IMG/VR virus record: IMGVR_UViG_3300008111_000002 | Location: 145,837 to 209,836 of that record | Direction: 5' to 3' (one strand) | DNA length: 64,000 nucleotides | In this document: piece by piece, positions 48,386-56,972 of the stretch | Layout of the letters: the number at the start of each line of letters is the position of its first letter | Position numbering within the stretch: the stretch's first letter is position 1 | Position numbers and translations under genes: made by a program | Notes under the pieces: generated by a model | The model's database searches: none | The model's input: only the letters and a program-made list of their open reading frames with translations | What the model was told of the DNA's origin: nothing

Positions 48386-49012
48386 CTACTGGTCCACTAA
48401 CTTCAAGGCCTCGCCGCCTTCTTTGGTCCAGCGATAGAGATCCTCATCCATACGCTCTTCCTCTTCGTATTCAGCCAGGCTCTCGCTGATGGCAAAGAAC
48501 TCATCTAGATCTTCGGGCAAGGTATCCTTGGCACCCTGACTGTCACCCCAATCTGAGTAGCAGTCATCACAGCCGTTGTCCCATACACCAGCAAAGCACA
48601 TACCTGGTTCGTAGTAGTATGCACGAACTGTGTAGCCCTGTTCAACCAACTCCTCATAGACTCCTGTGGGAGGTGCCCAGGCTGAATCAAAACTTGCAGT
48701 CATCAAGTTACCATCAGGATGAATATCCAAGGTGCCATCCTGGCCACCTACATCCCATTTAGTTCCCCAACGGCCAGACTGGAATGAATACCAATCACTG
48801 TGACCAAACTTCTCTATGTTGCTCTTAACTCGTGCTTCGTGTGCGGCCTGTTCGTCTCCTCCCACACTGCCTGCCACGGTTTCAGTCAACTCCTTGGGTG
48901 TAGGAATCACATGGTGACAGAACTCGCCACGCTCGTAGGCTTCAGCCAGCGCCTTGATCTTGGCAGGATCCTCATGACCAATTTCTATAAAGTTGTTGCA
49001 CCAATTAGGCAT
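48386..49012 (-). CDS. DUF1281/YubB-like protein
   Basis: MPNWCNN, WY......WGTKWD, FDSAWAPP, YYEPG..FAG. Confidence 0.75.
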   Translation of the reverse strand: MPNWCNNFIEIGHEDPAKIKALAEAYERGEFCHHVIPTPKELTETVAGSVGGDEQAAHEARVKSNIEKFGHSDWYSFQSGRWGTKWDVGGQDGTLDIHPDGNLMTASFDSAWAPPTGVYEELVEQGYTVRAYYYEPGMCFAGVWDNGCDDCYSDWGDSQGAKDTLPEDLDEFFAISESLAEYEEEERMDEDLYRWTKEGGEALKLVDQ

Positions 49013-49013
49013 A

Positions 49014-49241
49014 CTAGGCTCCTCGAATCATGTTTAACAAACGATCGTTCTGTGCGTCTTGATATTGACGTTGCATCACTGTGTCGAAGCGATCAATCAT
49101 ACGATCCTCAATCCTCTGTGCATTCATGTCAAAGATCTGACTCACGGTCTTGTAGATCTTGTGCTGTGCCCACGGAGTAGTCTCGGGGTCCTCTAGCACG
49201 GCCATTGCACGACGAATGTAATCAAACTCTTGAGGTGTCAT
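49014..49241 (-). CDS. hypothetical protein
   Basis: ATG after GGAGCGAAC. Confidence 0.6.
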   Translation of the reverse strand: MTPQEFDYIRRAMAVLEDPETTPWAQHKIYKTVSQIFDMNAQRIEDRMIDRFDTVMQRQYQDAQNDRLLNMIRGA

Positions 49242-49306
49242 AGTTCGCTCCTGTTTAGTTAGTGTGTATATAATAACACACACTAACCAAACTGTCAACC
49301 AAAATC

Positions 49307-49666
49307 TTATACAACCTTGACCTTGCTATAGCCTGCGGACAACAATGCCAGAGCATCTTGTGCAGTTGCTGCCATAGTCACTACACGCTTACGGTTAATA
49401 TGGCCAGTAGTTGGATAGTAACGACCACCGCCATTGCCGATGGCATTGAAGTTACCACTACCAGGATTGAATCGATTATTGTTTCCCAGAATCCAACGAT
49501 TGAGGCGACCGTCCTTGATTGATCGAAGGTGATCACTGTTTTCGAGAATGTTCATTCTCTTAGACATATCCTCGCTCCAGTAACCAAGAGCGTTGGCCAC
49601 GTCTTTAGTATAGCACAGGGGATGAGCAGCGACGTATTCGCAAATCATCTGATTTTGACTTTTCAT
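49307..49666 (-). CDS. hypothetical protein, possible N-terminal winged HTH
   Basis: ICEYVAAHP..YTKDVANALG...SKRMNILE. Confidence 0.5.
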   Translation of the reverse strand: MKSQNQMICEYVAAHPLCYTKDVANALGYWSEDMSKRMNILENSDHLRSIKDGRLNRWILGNNNRFNPGSGNFNAIGNGGGRYYPTTGHINRKRVVTMAATAQDALALLSAGYSKVKVV

Positions 49667-49732
49667 GGGTTCTCCATAAAGTGTTGTTTAGTTCAAACAG
49701 TATAACAGGGGGTTGCCCCCCTGTCAACCAAT

Positions 49733-50086
49733 TTATGCCTCTGCAAATGCCTCCAACGCTGCCTGTGCCGCACCGTCCAGCATTACGCCATCTTGTGCTT
49801 TAATCTTGTCTGCAGTTACCTTTATGCGGTATGCGTCCATCTCTGCAGTCTTTGCTTCCATAGCAGGCCACACTACGTCTTGCGGGTTAAGGTAAGCACC
49901 TGTGTAGTCTACCTTGTCCTCTTTCAGTGTAATCTCGCCTGCCTTAATGCCTTCAAACACCATGCCCCATGTAGGCTGTTGCGGACGGCCAGTAGGGCCA
50001 AACAGTTCCACTGCCTTTGCCTGCAGTTTCTCTGTTGCAATTTCATTCAAGCGACGGAGAAAGTAATTGCGTTGTTCCTGTTCCAT
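49733..50086 (-). CDS. hypothetical protein
   Basis: 117 aa, SD AGGAG, hairpin promoter. Confidence 0.65.
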   Translation of the reverse strand: MEQEQRNYFLRRLNEIATEKLQAKAVELFGPTGRPQQPTWGMVFEGIKAGEITLKEDKVDYTGAYLNPQDVVWPAMEAKTAEMDAYRIKVTADKIKAQDGVMLDGAAQAALEAFAEA

Positions 50087-50108
50087 AATACGCTCCTAAA
50101 AAGTCTGT

Positions 50109-50160
50109 CACTGCAAAATTGCAGTGTGTGTATATTAACACACACTGCCCAATCTGTCAA
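50109..50160 (-). promoter_or_regulatory. promoter with -10 inside a 10-bp inverted repeat, plus leader hairpin
   Basis: CACTGC-aaaatt-GCAGTGTGTG-tatattaa-CACACACTGC...TGTCAA. Confidence 0.85.
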
Positions 50161-50165
50161 CCGTT

Positions 50166-50477
50166 TTATGCCTCAAAATTTTCTACAATCATAATACGTC
50201 CAGCCAGCAAGTCTTCTACCAGTTGCACTGCTCGCCGCTCTGTGCCGCCAATGTGCCAGTCATAGTGCCCCATGGGAGTGCCATACTCTTTCCAGTCGTA
50301 AATCGTTGCTACTGTGCCGTCGCTAAACTCAATGCACCACTCCTGCGTGGTCTTGTCGCCACCGCCCATCCCCTCCCCCAGCAAGTCCTGCAGCTTTGCA
50401 AAGGTGGTTCCTACATAGCCCTGCAGATGTGTGCCGTTGAACTTTTCTGCAAAGTAATCGTAAACTCGTGCTTCCAT
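50166..50477 (-). CDS. conserved-looking phage hypothetical protein
   Basis: LQGY..T..KL..LLG....DKT..EW.IEF.DG.VATIYDWK.....WHIGG. Confidence 0.65.
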   Translation of the reverse strand: MEARVYDYFAEKFNGTHLQGYVGTTFAKLQDLLGEGMGGGDKTTQEWCIEFSDGTVATIYDWKEYGTPMGHYDWHIGGTERRAVQLVEDLLAGRIMIVENFEA

Positions 50478-50495
50478 GTTGCGCTCCTAGTATGT

Positions 50496-50547
50496 CACTG
50501 CGTTATTGCAGTGTGTGTATAGTAACACACACTGCCCAAAATGTCAA
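50496..50547 (-). promoter_or_regulatory. promoter with -10 inside a 10-bp inverted repeat, plus leader hairpin
   Basis: CACTGC-gttatt-GCAGTGTGTG-tatagtaa-CACACACTGC...TGTCAA. Confidence 0.85.
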
Positions 50548-50550
50548 GTG

Positions 50551-50766
50551 TTAAATTGTGCTGTACTTTCTGTATTCCTTGCCGCCCACGTTGCTGTACC
50601 ACAGCCCGTTAGTTTTTTTGTAATAACCCTGCTTGTACCAGTTTTTAATCTGTGTTGCGTGTTGCTGTCTGCCCTGCTCTGCAATAGCTTGTTCCAACGT
50701 CATTGTAGCACCTGCTGCGTCTTGTGCTGCCTGCTGTGCTTGTTGTTGTGCGTGTAGTGCTAGCAT
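50551..50766 (-). CDS. hypothetical protein (no Pro)
   Basis: SD AAGGAG; Gln/Ala-rich. Confidence 0.6.
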   Translation of the reverse strand: MLALHAQQQAQQAAQDAAGATMTLEQAIAEQGRQQHATQIKNWYKQGYYKKTNGLWYSNVGGKEYRKYSTI

Positions 50767-50783
50767 AGCTTGCTCCTTAGTTG

Positions 50784-50835
50784 CACTGCGTTATTGCAGT
50801 GTGTGTATATTAACACACACTGCCCAAAATGTCAA
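50784..50835 (-). promoter_or_regulatory. promoter with -10 inside a 10-bp inverted repeat, plus leader hairpin
   Basis: CACTGC-gttatt-GCAGTGTGTG-tatattaa-CACACACTGC...TGTCAA. Confidence 0.85.
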
Positions 50836-50844
50836 CCAAAATGT

Positions 50845-51168
50845 TTATACTTCCATGCTTGCAAGTTCGTCTTCTTGCATACCCTGCTCTGTAAAGCGCA
50901 CACCAAACCCTAGTGCATCACTAATAGCACTTTCAAATGCACTGTCTGTGTATATGTCCCATGTGCTGTTGTGCGTTACATTAACCATAACGCTTACATT
51001 GTCGTCATAAGCATTTGTCACAATGCTAATGCCTGTCACACGCACTTGCCTGTCAGCCTCGCAGCCCCACAAGCCGTCGCCAGCTGTCCAAACAGTAAAG
51101 TCGCAGTCAAAGTCTTGTGCAGTGTAGTCGCCGTCAACCTCAAACCGTGTAAGTGTAAGTTTTTGCAT
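50845..51168 (-). CDS. acidic hypothetical protein (no Pro)
   Basis: SD AGGAG; 107 aa. Confidence 0.65.
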   Translation of the reverse strand: MQKLTLTRFEVDGDYTAQDFDCDFTVWTAGDGLWGCEADRQVRVTGISIVTNAYDDNVSVMVNVTHNSTWDIYTDSAFESAISDALGFGVRFTEQGMQEDELASMEV

Positions 51169-51242
51169 TGTGTGCTCCTGTGTGTCACTGCGTTAGTGCA
51201 GTGTGTATATAATAGCACCAGCTGTTCAAAATGTCAACCAAA

Positions 51243-51401
51243 TTATTCTGCGTAACCGTCTTCTTCCCAGCCCTCGTAGGTGGCATTAACTCCCGCAGAG
51301 TTTACATCAGTCATCCCAGCAATCTCGTCTGCTGCTTCTGCTGTGTCTGCTTCAACCTGTAAAGTATATGTTACAGTCTGTGTGTAATAAAATTTAGGCA
51401 T
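51243..51401 (-). CDS. small hypothetical protein
   Basis: ATG after AGGAGCGAG (MPKFYY...). Confidence 0.55.
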   Translation of the reverse strand: MPKFYYTQTVTYTLQVEADTAEAADEIAGMTDVNSAGVNATYEGWEEDGYAE

Positions 51402-51422
51402 CTCTCGCTCCTGTAAAATTAA

Positions 51423-51462
51423 ACAGCGTGTGTATAGTAACACACGCTGTCCAAACTGTCAA
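51423..51462 (-). promoter_or_regulatory. promoter with a covaried inverted repeat around -10
   Basis: ACAGCGTGTG-tatagtaa-CACACGCTGT...TGTCAA. Confidence 0.85.
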
Positions 51463-51467
51463 CCAAT

Positions 51468-51686
51468 TTAGGCAGGCTCTCCTGAGCGACCTTGATGAAC
51501 TCGGGCAGGTCCGCCGGCAGGCAGGTGGAGTTCGAGATCAGCTTCCATGACCACGTAATAGGCTTTGAGAACTTCTAGATTGTATTCATCGGGATTGGCC
51601 TTGATCGCCATCAGCTGCTCTGAAAAGGACTGATCTTTGGCATAGGCTTGAATTCTAATGATTTCGCTGGCTTTGGAAATGTCCAT
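51468..51686 (-). CDS. hypothetical protein
   Basis: SD AAGGAG, promoter. Confidence 0.55.
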   Translation of the reverse strand: MDISKASEIIRIQAYAKDQSFSEQLMAIKANPDEYNLEVLKAYYVVMEADLELHLPAGGPARVHQGRSGEPA

Positions 51687-51753
51687 TTGTTCGCTCCTTT
51701 GTTGCTATGTGTGTATTATAGCACTATGTGTCCAAAATGTCAACCAAAATAAA

Positions 51754-51779
51754 AGCTGTGGCATTTCTGCCACAGCTTC
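51754..51779. terminator. intrinsic terminator
   Basis: AAGCTGTGGCA-tttc-TGCCACAGCTT. Confidence 0.75.
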
Positions 51780-51838
51780 CTTAGTTGCTAAATCTTAATT
51801 AAAACTGTAAATTACGCCCTGTGCGCTCTCGCTTTTTA

Positions 51839-52090
51839 CTACGACTGTCGCAGCTCCTTGCGCTTGCGGATAATGGGCTTGTCTACTTTAACTGCAATTT
51901 TAGTCTTGCGGTAGTTAATGTGTATGCCTTGTGCGCTAAACACTTCCCCCAGCACTAGCTTCATACGCTCTGCGCGGAGTTTTTGCTTGTCTGTATACAA
52001 GCTAGCGTTGGCAATATTGCGCATACTTGCATCCTGCGCTGCCCACCACTTAACAGTTGCTTCTTTAGTATCCAGTTGCTTATAACGCAT
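51839..52090 (-). CDS. basic hypothetical protein
   Basis: SD AAGGAG, promoter with leader hairpin. Confidence 0.55.
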   Translation of the reverse strand: MRYKQLDTKEATVKWWAAQDASMRNIANASLYTDKQKLRAERMKLVLGEVFSAQGIHINYRKTKIAVKVDKPIIRKRKELRQS

Positions 52091-52265
52091 AACACGCTCC
52101 TTGGGTTACACTGCACATCGCAGTATCAATACTATAACACCAGTTGTCCAATCTGTCAACCAATAAAAACCCAGTAGGCAGTAAGGACAACGGCGTAGAT
52201 CACAAGTGCGGGGATGACCTGTGACATTGTGTCACTAACAATCCATTCCGCGTATTCTTTATCGT

Positions 52266-52718
52266 TCATGTGGGGATATCTCCTGTATGTATAGATTTAA
52301 GAAATGCAGTTAGTGTCCTACTACGTCCAACCATTAACTTCACTGGCCAGTTGTAGTTGACATGATAGTCCGTAAGGGTCATGACCACACTGTGTTTGAC
52401 TCCACCTTTGGGGCCAAGTACCTTTACTTCGTAGCGTTCGCGATGATTCCACGTTTCTTTCTTATTGGCTGACTTAACTTTAGTGGCAATGATAGTTTTG
52501 CCATTGTGAGTTGCTTGATACCCGCTAGAGGTAACCTCATGTGGAATCTGGTGCAGCATCTCACTGAGAGTGATCAGAGCAGCACGTTCTTGCTGCCTCT
52601 TGAGACGACCACCGATGCTGACTAGATCACTGGCTGTTAGGCCGCTGAGTAAGGCCATTGTGAGTATGCGCTCACGTGCATCTTTTTGCTGTTCAGTTAA
52701 ACGTGCCATCGTGTTCAT
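52266..52718 (-). CDS. hypothetical protein
   Basis: 150 aa in operon. Confidence 0.6.
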   Translation of the reverse strand: MNTMARLTEQQKDARERILTMALLSGLTASDLVSIGGRLKRQQERAALITLSEMLHQIPHEVTSSGYQATHNGKTIIATKVKSANKKETWNHRERYEVKVLGPKGGVKHSVVMTLTDYHVNYNWPVKLMVGRSRTLTAFLKSIHTGDIPT

Positions 52719-53001
52719 CCAATAAACGTGTTACTACTTTGTTCTTTCTAGTATATGTCTTTTTGACTTTCTTGTCAACCTTTTTGGTCTTAGGTTCAAA
52801 TTCTCTAAAGACATAATACTCTATCAAACAGTTGCGAATCATAATCGTGAGATCCAGGCCGCTGTTCTCAGGGACAATGAATCTGACCGGACATTTACCC
52901 CAACCTCCATATTCTAGAAAGTCGTAGTACCACTTCCTATGCTGCTTGTTAGCGGGGTCAAAGGCCACAAGCGGCCGGGCGAGGTATTCTAGTTTGCTCA
53001 T
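52693..53001 (-). CDS. hypothetical protein
   Basis: RPLVAFDPANKQHR.WY..F...WG.CP.RF. Confidence 0.6.
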   Translation of the reverse strand: MSKLEYLARPLVAFDPANKQHRKWYYDFLEYGGWGKCPVRFIVPENSGLDLTIMIRNCLIEYYVFREFEPKTKKVDKKVKKTYTRKNKVVTRLLDEHDGTFN

Positions 53002-53186
53002 GCGCCCCAGAATGGACTATATGGTTCGTCACATTCTACCTTAAAGTTCAGACCAGTATCTGAAATCAGCTGCTGTACGTGGGGCATGTCGTAGTCGTTC
53101 ATGACATGAATAGTTTCGCCATTCATATAGACATCATAGATGCCCATGTCCTCAAGCGAAGATAGGATCTCTTTGGGTTTGATCAT
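52998..53186 (-). CDS. hypothetical protein
   Basis: 62 aa, coupled. Confidence 0.5.
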   Translation of the reverse strand: MIKPKEILSSLEDMGIYDVYMNGETIHVMNDYDMPHVQQLISDTGLNFKVECDEPYSPFWGA

Positions 53187-53505
53187 TTGTACCTTTCAAT
53201 GCATTCATAATTCGTAGACGATCAAGATGTTCCCTAGTCGTCATTGGTTCAACCACCTCACGGACTGCTGCGCTAGTTGCCAACATGCCCTTGAGGAACT
53301 GTTGCATCTCCTTGGCCACCAGATGCTGCGATAAGTTGTTGCCTCCGTTGTAAAGGCAGTACAATCGCTGATAGCCAGGGCGATAACTCTCTATGTGATA
53401 GTTGGTCCCCAGGCTATCGTTCACCTGGGTAACCATCTCACGTATACCGTACTTGTTAATCCTCATGGTCATACCAGTTGCGAGGAAGCTTGTCTTCTTG
53501 CTCAT
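53152..53505 (-). CDS. hypothetical protein
   Basis: 117 aa. Confidence 0.5.
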   Translation of the reverse strand: MSKKTSFLATGMTMRINKYGIREMVTQVNDSLGTNYHIESYRPGYQRLYCLYNGGNNLSQHLVAKEMQQFLKGMLATSAAVREVVEPMTTREHLDRLRIMNALKGTNDQTQRDPIFA

Positions 53506-53940
53506 CCAAGTAGTCGTTGTACTCTTGCTCGTACTCCTGCCACTCTTCGTCCGTCATATCGTAGGTTTCAGGGTTGTTGAAGCCATCCATATTAGTCTCC
53601 TAGACTGTGTTGAACATGATCACAGTATACGACAGAGTCACGACTCTGTCAACCTATTTCACTTAGAAATCCCTGCAGCTTGTTCTCGGGAACATTGCGC
53701 AGCAGTTCTTCGATCGCAGTGAGGTCACCGCTCTCAACGTCAATGAGGATCTGCTCGAGGGCAGCATCAATCAAACCTTGATCTAGTTCCATGATGATTC
53801 CTTTCAGTCTGTGTGTGGAGGAAGGTCGTAGTCCGCTGGGTCTGCGGGAAACCTAGGTATGTTGTTGGGGTCCTTCATACAAACTCCTATGTTGTTTAGT
53901 GTTCGTATTATATGATAGAGTCACGACTCTGTCAAGAACT

Positions 53941-54513
53941 TTATTTGAAGCCCATGACCATGTAACGGTTAAAGCCCCAGTCAGGATATTGAAATCGTTT
54001 AGTACCTGTGAACAGTTGTTCCTTCAAAGGCCATGCAGCAGCAAAAGCCTCGTCTGACTCATAGCTGGCCACGTGATCTTCATGAGGCATATCGTTCCCT
54101 TGCAGCACTGTGAATGTATTCTCAGGGATGTTGTCGAACCACTGACGTGACTCTATGTGCTCTACGCTGGTGTTGATTATAATACTAGGCTGATGTCCCA
54201 ATGCCCACCAGTTGATGTTGTTGACGTCGTGCGTAACAGCTGAGAACTCTCCCTGCCAGTGCCACAGACGATTAACGTGTACCGCGATAGATTCGCATTC
54301 AGGATCTATGTCCCAACTGCGAACATGCTGGATGGGGATTCTACTTTGTGTGCGTAGGATGAAATTGGTAAGTGCATACCAGCCTGCGAAGATCTCTATC
54401 CTATGGCCCTGCAGCGGGGCCTGTATGTCATTGATGGAGAGTACCTGACTCAGCTTCTCAGCCAGCCAAATCTTACTGCCAATTTGACCGGATGAGAAGC
54501 TGTCCCAATTCAT
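53941..54513 (-). CDS. class I SAM-dependent methyltransferase-like protein
   Basis: GQI.SK.WL, IFAGWY, SWDIDP, INTSVEH. Confidence 0.6.
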   Translation of the reverse strand: MNWDSFSSGQIGSKIWLAEKLSQVLSINDIQAPLQGHRIEIFAGWYALTNFILRTQSRIPIQHVRSWDIDPECESIAVHVNRLWHWQGEFSAVTHDVNNINWWALGHQPSIIINTSVEHIESRQWFDNIPENTFTVLQGNDMPHEDHVASYESDEAFAAAWPLKEQLFTGTKRFQYPDWGFNRYMVMGFK

Positions 54514-55712
54514 TAGGCCTTCTCGTCGTAGATAACAGTCTGACCAAAGGGTGCTTCGTTATTACTGCCCTTGACAATGAACAAGGTATCGCAGTAGTCT
54601 TCATCACCCCAACCACCGCAGGGGTAGCCGTCTGTAAACATAATGAACTTCTTGGGCTGGATGTCGTTCTCTTTCATAAACTGCCAGTTGGCTTCAAAGT
54701 CCGTACCACCACCGCCTTGGAGATCATAAGTCAACAGTTCGTCGCCGTTGTCCTGCGTAATCTTCTGCGGATTGTAAACGTCTGTGTCAAAGCACCAGAT
54801 GTGAATGTTGTAGTCTGAATATTGATCCATGATGCCCTTGACTTCACTCAAGAACACCTTAGCATCAGCATCGCCAATTGAACCACTCATATCCAATGCA
54901 ATGGCCACGTCAATGGTCTCATCGTTCTTCATGCCTGGAAGGATAGCGCCACTGTGCATTGACTTACGATTAGGGCGAGTAAAGGAGTAGTCGTTGCGGA
55001 TGATGCTTTGAATGTTCATACGGATCAACTCACGCCAGTTCATCTTAGGCTCAGTGAGGTCTTTGATCAAACGCTGAATGCCCAACGGAGTCTTACCTGC
55101 ACCTGCGGCCGCGGCACTCTGAACCATAGCCTGCTTGATCTCATCGCGAATAGCCTGTGCTTCTTCTTTGGTAAGAACTGGAGCACCCTTGCCATCCTTA
55201 CCATCTTTGCCTGCACCCTGACCTTCGTGCTCTTGCTCGTTGATATGCTGGTCCAACAATTCGCCCAACTGATCCAGACTAATGGTCTTGACGTTCTTCA
55301 TCAGGTCGTCGTAGATCTCTTCCCAGGCCATGCCGCGATACTTGTTGTCTTGGCAAATCTTAACTTCAGTGATACGCTCGCCAATGCGGTCGTCTACAAG
55401 GATCTGGTTCACTGCGAAGTCTTGTGCGATGTTAGACATCTGACGATCACGCGAACCTACACGACCAAAGTGATCAAACACACAATGGCAAATCTCATGT
55501 GCGAACAAGAACTCTAGTTTCTTAACGCTGAGCTTCTCAACGAACTTGGTGTTGTAGTAGAAGTTGCGTCCGTCAGTTGCGGCTGTAGGGCACCAGTCGT
55601 CTGCACACTTGATCTGCATACGAGTTGCCATGTTACCAAAGAACGGTTGCTTCAGCAGAAGCCCTACACGAGCGGTAATGAGCTTTTCAACGATTGCGGG
55701 ATCTTCTTTCAT
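54513..55712 (-). CDS. DUF2201-type protein: N-terminal HExxH metallopeptidase-like domain plus C-terminal vWA domain
   Basis: TAATDG, AHEICH; MIDAS DMSGS, GGGGTDF, FTDG. Confidence 0.88.
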   Translation of the reverse strand: MKEDPAIVEKLITARVGLLLKQPFFGNMATRMQIKCADDWCPTAATDGRNFYYNTKFVEKLSVKKLEFLFAHEICHCVFDHFGRVGSRDRQMSNIAQDFAVNQILVDDRIGERITEVKICQDNKYRGMAWEEIYDDLMKNVKTISLDQLGELLDQHINEQEHEGQGAGKDGKDGKGAPVLTKEEAQAIRDEIKQAMVQSAAAAGAGKTPLGIQRLIKDLTEPKMNWRELIRMNIQSIIRNDYSFTRPNRKSMHSGAILPGMKNDETIDVAIALDMSGSIGDADAKVFLSEVKGIMDQYSDYNIHIWCFDTDVYNPQKITQDNGDELLTYDLQGGGGTDFEANWQFMKENDIQPKKFIMFTDGYPCGGWGDEDYCDTLFIVKGSNNEAPFGQTVIYDEKA

Positions 55713-55826
55713 ATGGGCTCCTTTGTCTAAGTATGTATATTATATGGCCTAGTGCCTATTCTGTCAACCAAAAAAGGTGAGTGAGGGACCCTGAACAAGT
55801 CCCCCACTCTAGCCATGGTGGAGGTC

Positions 55827-56903
55827 TTAATTCTCCATGGCCTTCAAAACATACTTACCGTATTTCTTGTGGAACTCATCAAAGTTCTTCATCTTTGTTG
55901 CGTCCAACGGCAAGTTGTAGTTAGTAAGGGCAGTCTTAGCACCCATCACAACCAACTCTGTTGGGAAGTTATCCATCATGTAGCGGAAGAAGCAGTCCGC
56001 CTGACTGTCCCAATTAGTAGCCTTCTTGTCTGCTTGATCTTTGAGCTCGTAGCACAAGCTCACAGTCAAGGAATACATGGCTGACACTTCCTTAATCTGC
56101 AGGTCCTTAACCTTGCCGCTAAGGATGTCGGGAGCCTTAGGCAGTTTACCAGCAATCTTACGATGTGCCATAAACTTAACAGCCAAGCCGTCACCAATAG
56201 CACCTGCAACCAAGTCAGTGAGCGTGTCAGTGTCAGTGTCATCGTCCTGCAGGAGATCGCTGACGAACACCCATGAACGAGGAGTTGCAAAAGCCTTAGA
56301 GCTGGACTTGGGATCAAAGTCATACAAGTCCTGCTTGGCAAAGCCTACATAACCAACAACCTCAGGATGGATCTTGTTAGCAGTAGCCCACTCTTGGAAA
56401 TCGTCAAAGTCAACTTTGGCTTCCAAGTGCAGGAAGCGGTTGGCCAACGGAGCAGGCATACGATAGGTAACACCCTTGTCGCCATCGCGGTTACCAGCCG
56501 CTACAATGTCCACGCCCTTGGGCAGGATGTATTGTCCTACACGACGGTTCAGAACCAACTGGTAGGCGGCCGCTTGGACTGCGGGAGGAGCGGAGTTGAG
56601 CTCGTCCAAGAAGATGATTGCACGGCTGTCTGGGTCAGTGGGCAATTCTGCTGGGGGTGCCCAAACCATTGTGCCTTGTTCTGCGTTGTAATAAGGGATA
56701 CCTTTGATGTCTGTAGGTTCCCAGAGTGGTAGACGAATATCAATTACTTCTCTCCCCTCGGAGTCGCCAATCTGCTTGACGATGTCACTCTTACCAATAC
56801 CGGGCGGGCCCCACAGGAACACCGGACGGCGCTTTTGAATTGCTTTTTGAATTGCCTTCTTGGCCTTCTTAGGACCAACCTGGCGAATAGAATTATCAGA
56901 CAT
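55827..56903 (-). CDS. MoxR-like AAA+ ATPase
   Basis: GPPGIGKS, FLDELN, AAGNR, LANRF, TPRSW. Confidence 0.9.
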   Translation of the reverse strand: MSDNSIRQVGPKKAKKAIQKAIQKRRPVFLWGPPGIGKSDIVKQIGDSEGREVIDIRLPLWEPTDIKGIPYYNAEQGTMVWAPPAELPTDPDSRAIIFLDELNSAPPAVQAAAYQLVLNRRVGQYILPKGVDIVAAGNRDGDKGVTYRMPAPLANRFLHLEAKVDFDDFQEWATANKIHPEVVGYVGFAKQDLYDFDPKSSSKAFATPRSWVFVSDLLQDDDTDTDTLTDLVAGAIGDGLAVKFMAHRKIAGKLPKAPDILSGKVKDLQIKEVSAMYSLTVSLCYELKDQADKKATNWDSQADCFFRYMMDNFPTELVVMGAKTALTNYNLPLDATKMKNFDEFHKKYGKYVLKAMEN

Positions 56904-56972
56904 TTAAGACCTCCAAAAAAAGTGTTTTGCTACTTGCTACTGACTGTGTCGTTCAGTTCATATATTATGCGT

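Noticed and set aside
50441-51279. CRISPR PAM or restriction-site avoidance as the cause of the GA/GG gap
   Set aside because: Both act on either strand, but TC/CC are plentiful on the + strand here; GATC is also present elsewhere in the early region
50441-51279. UV C-to-T mutagenesis as the sole cause
   Set aside because: It would enrich TT on the sense strand, which looks A/C-rich instead, and is unlikely to remove every site including all Pro codons; disfavoured, not formally excluded
50109-51462. Hairpin repeats read as integron attC sites
   Set aside because: No RYYYAAC/GTTRRRY core pairing and no tyrosine integrase in the window; kept only as a loose analogy
51795-51860. Possible frameshift: an alternative frame gives ...ATVVVKSESAQGVIYSFN* ending next to the terminator
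   Set aside because: Cannot tell sequencing error, decay and chance apart without reads or homologues
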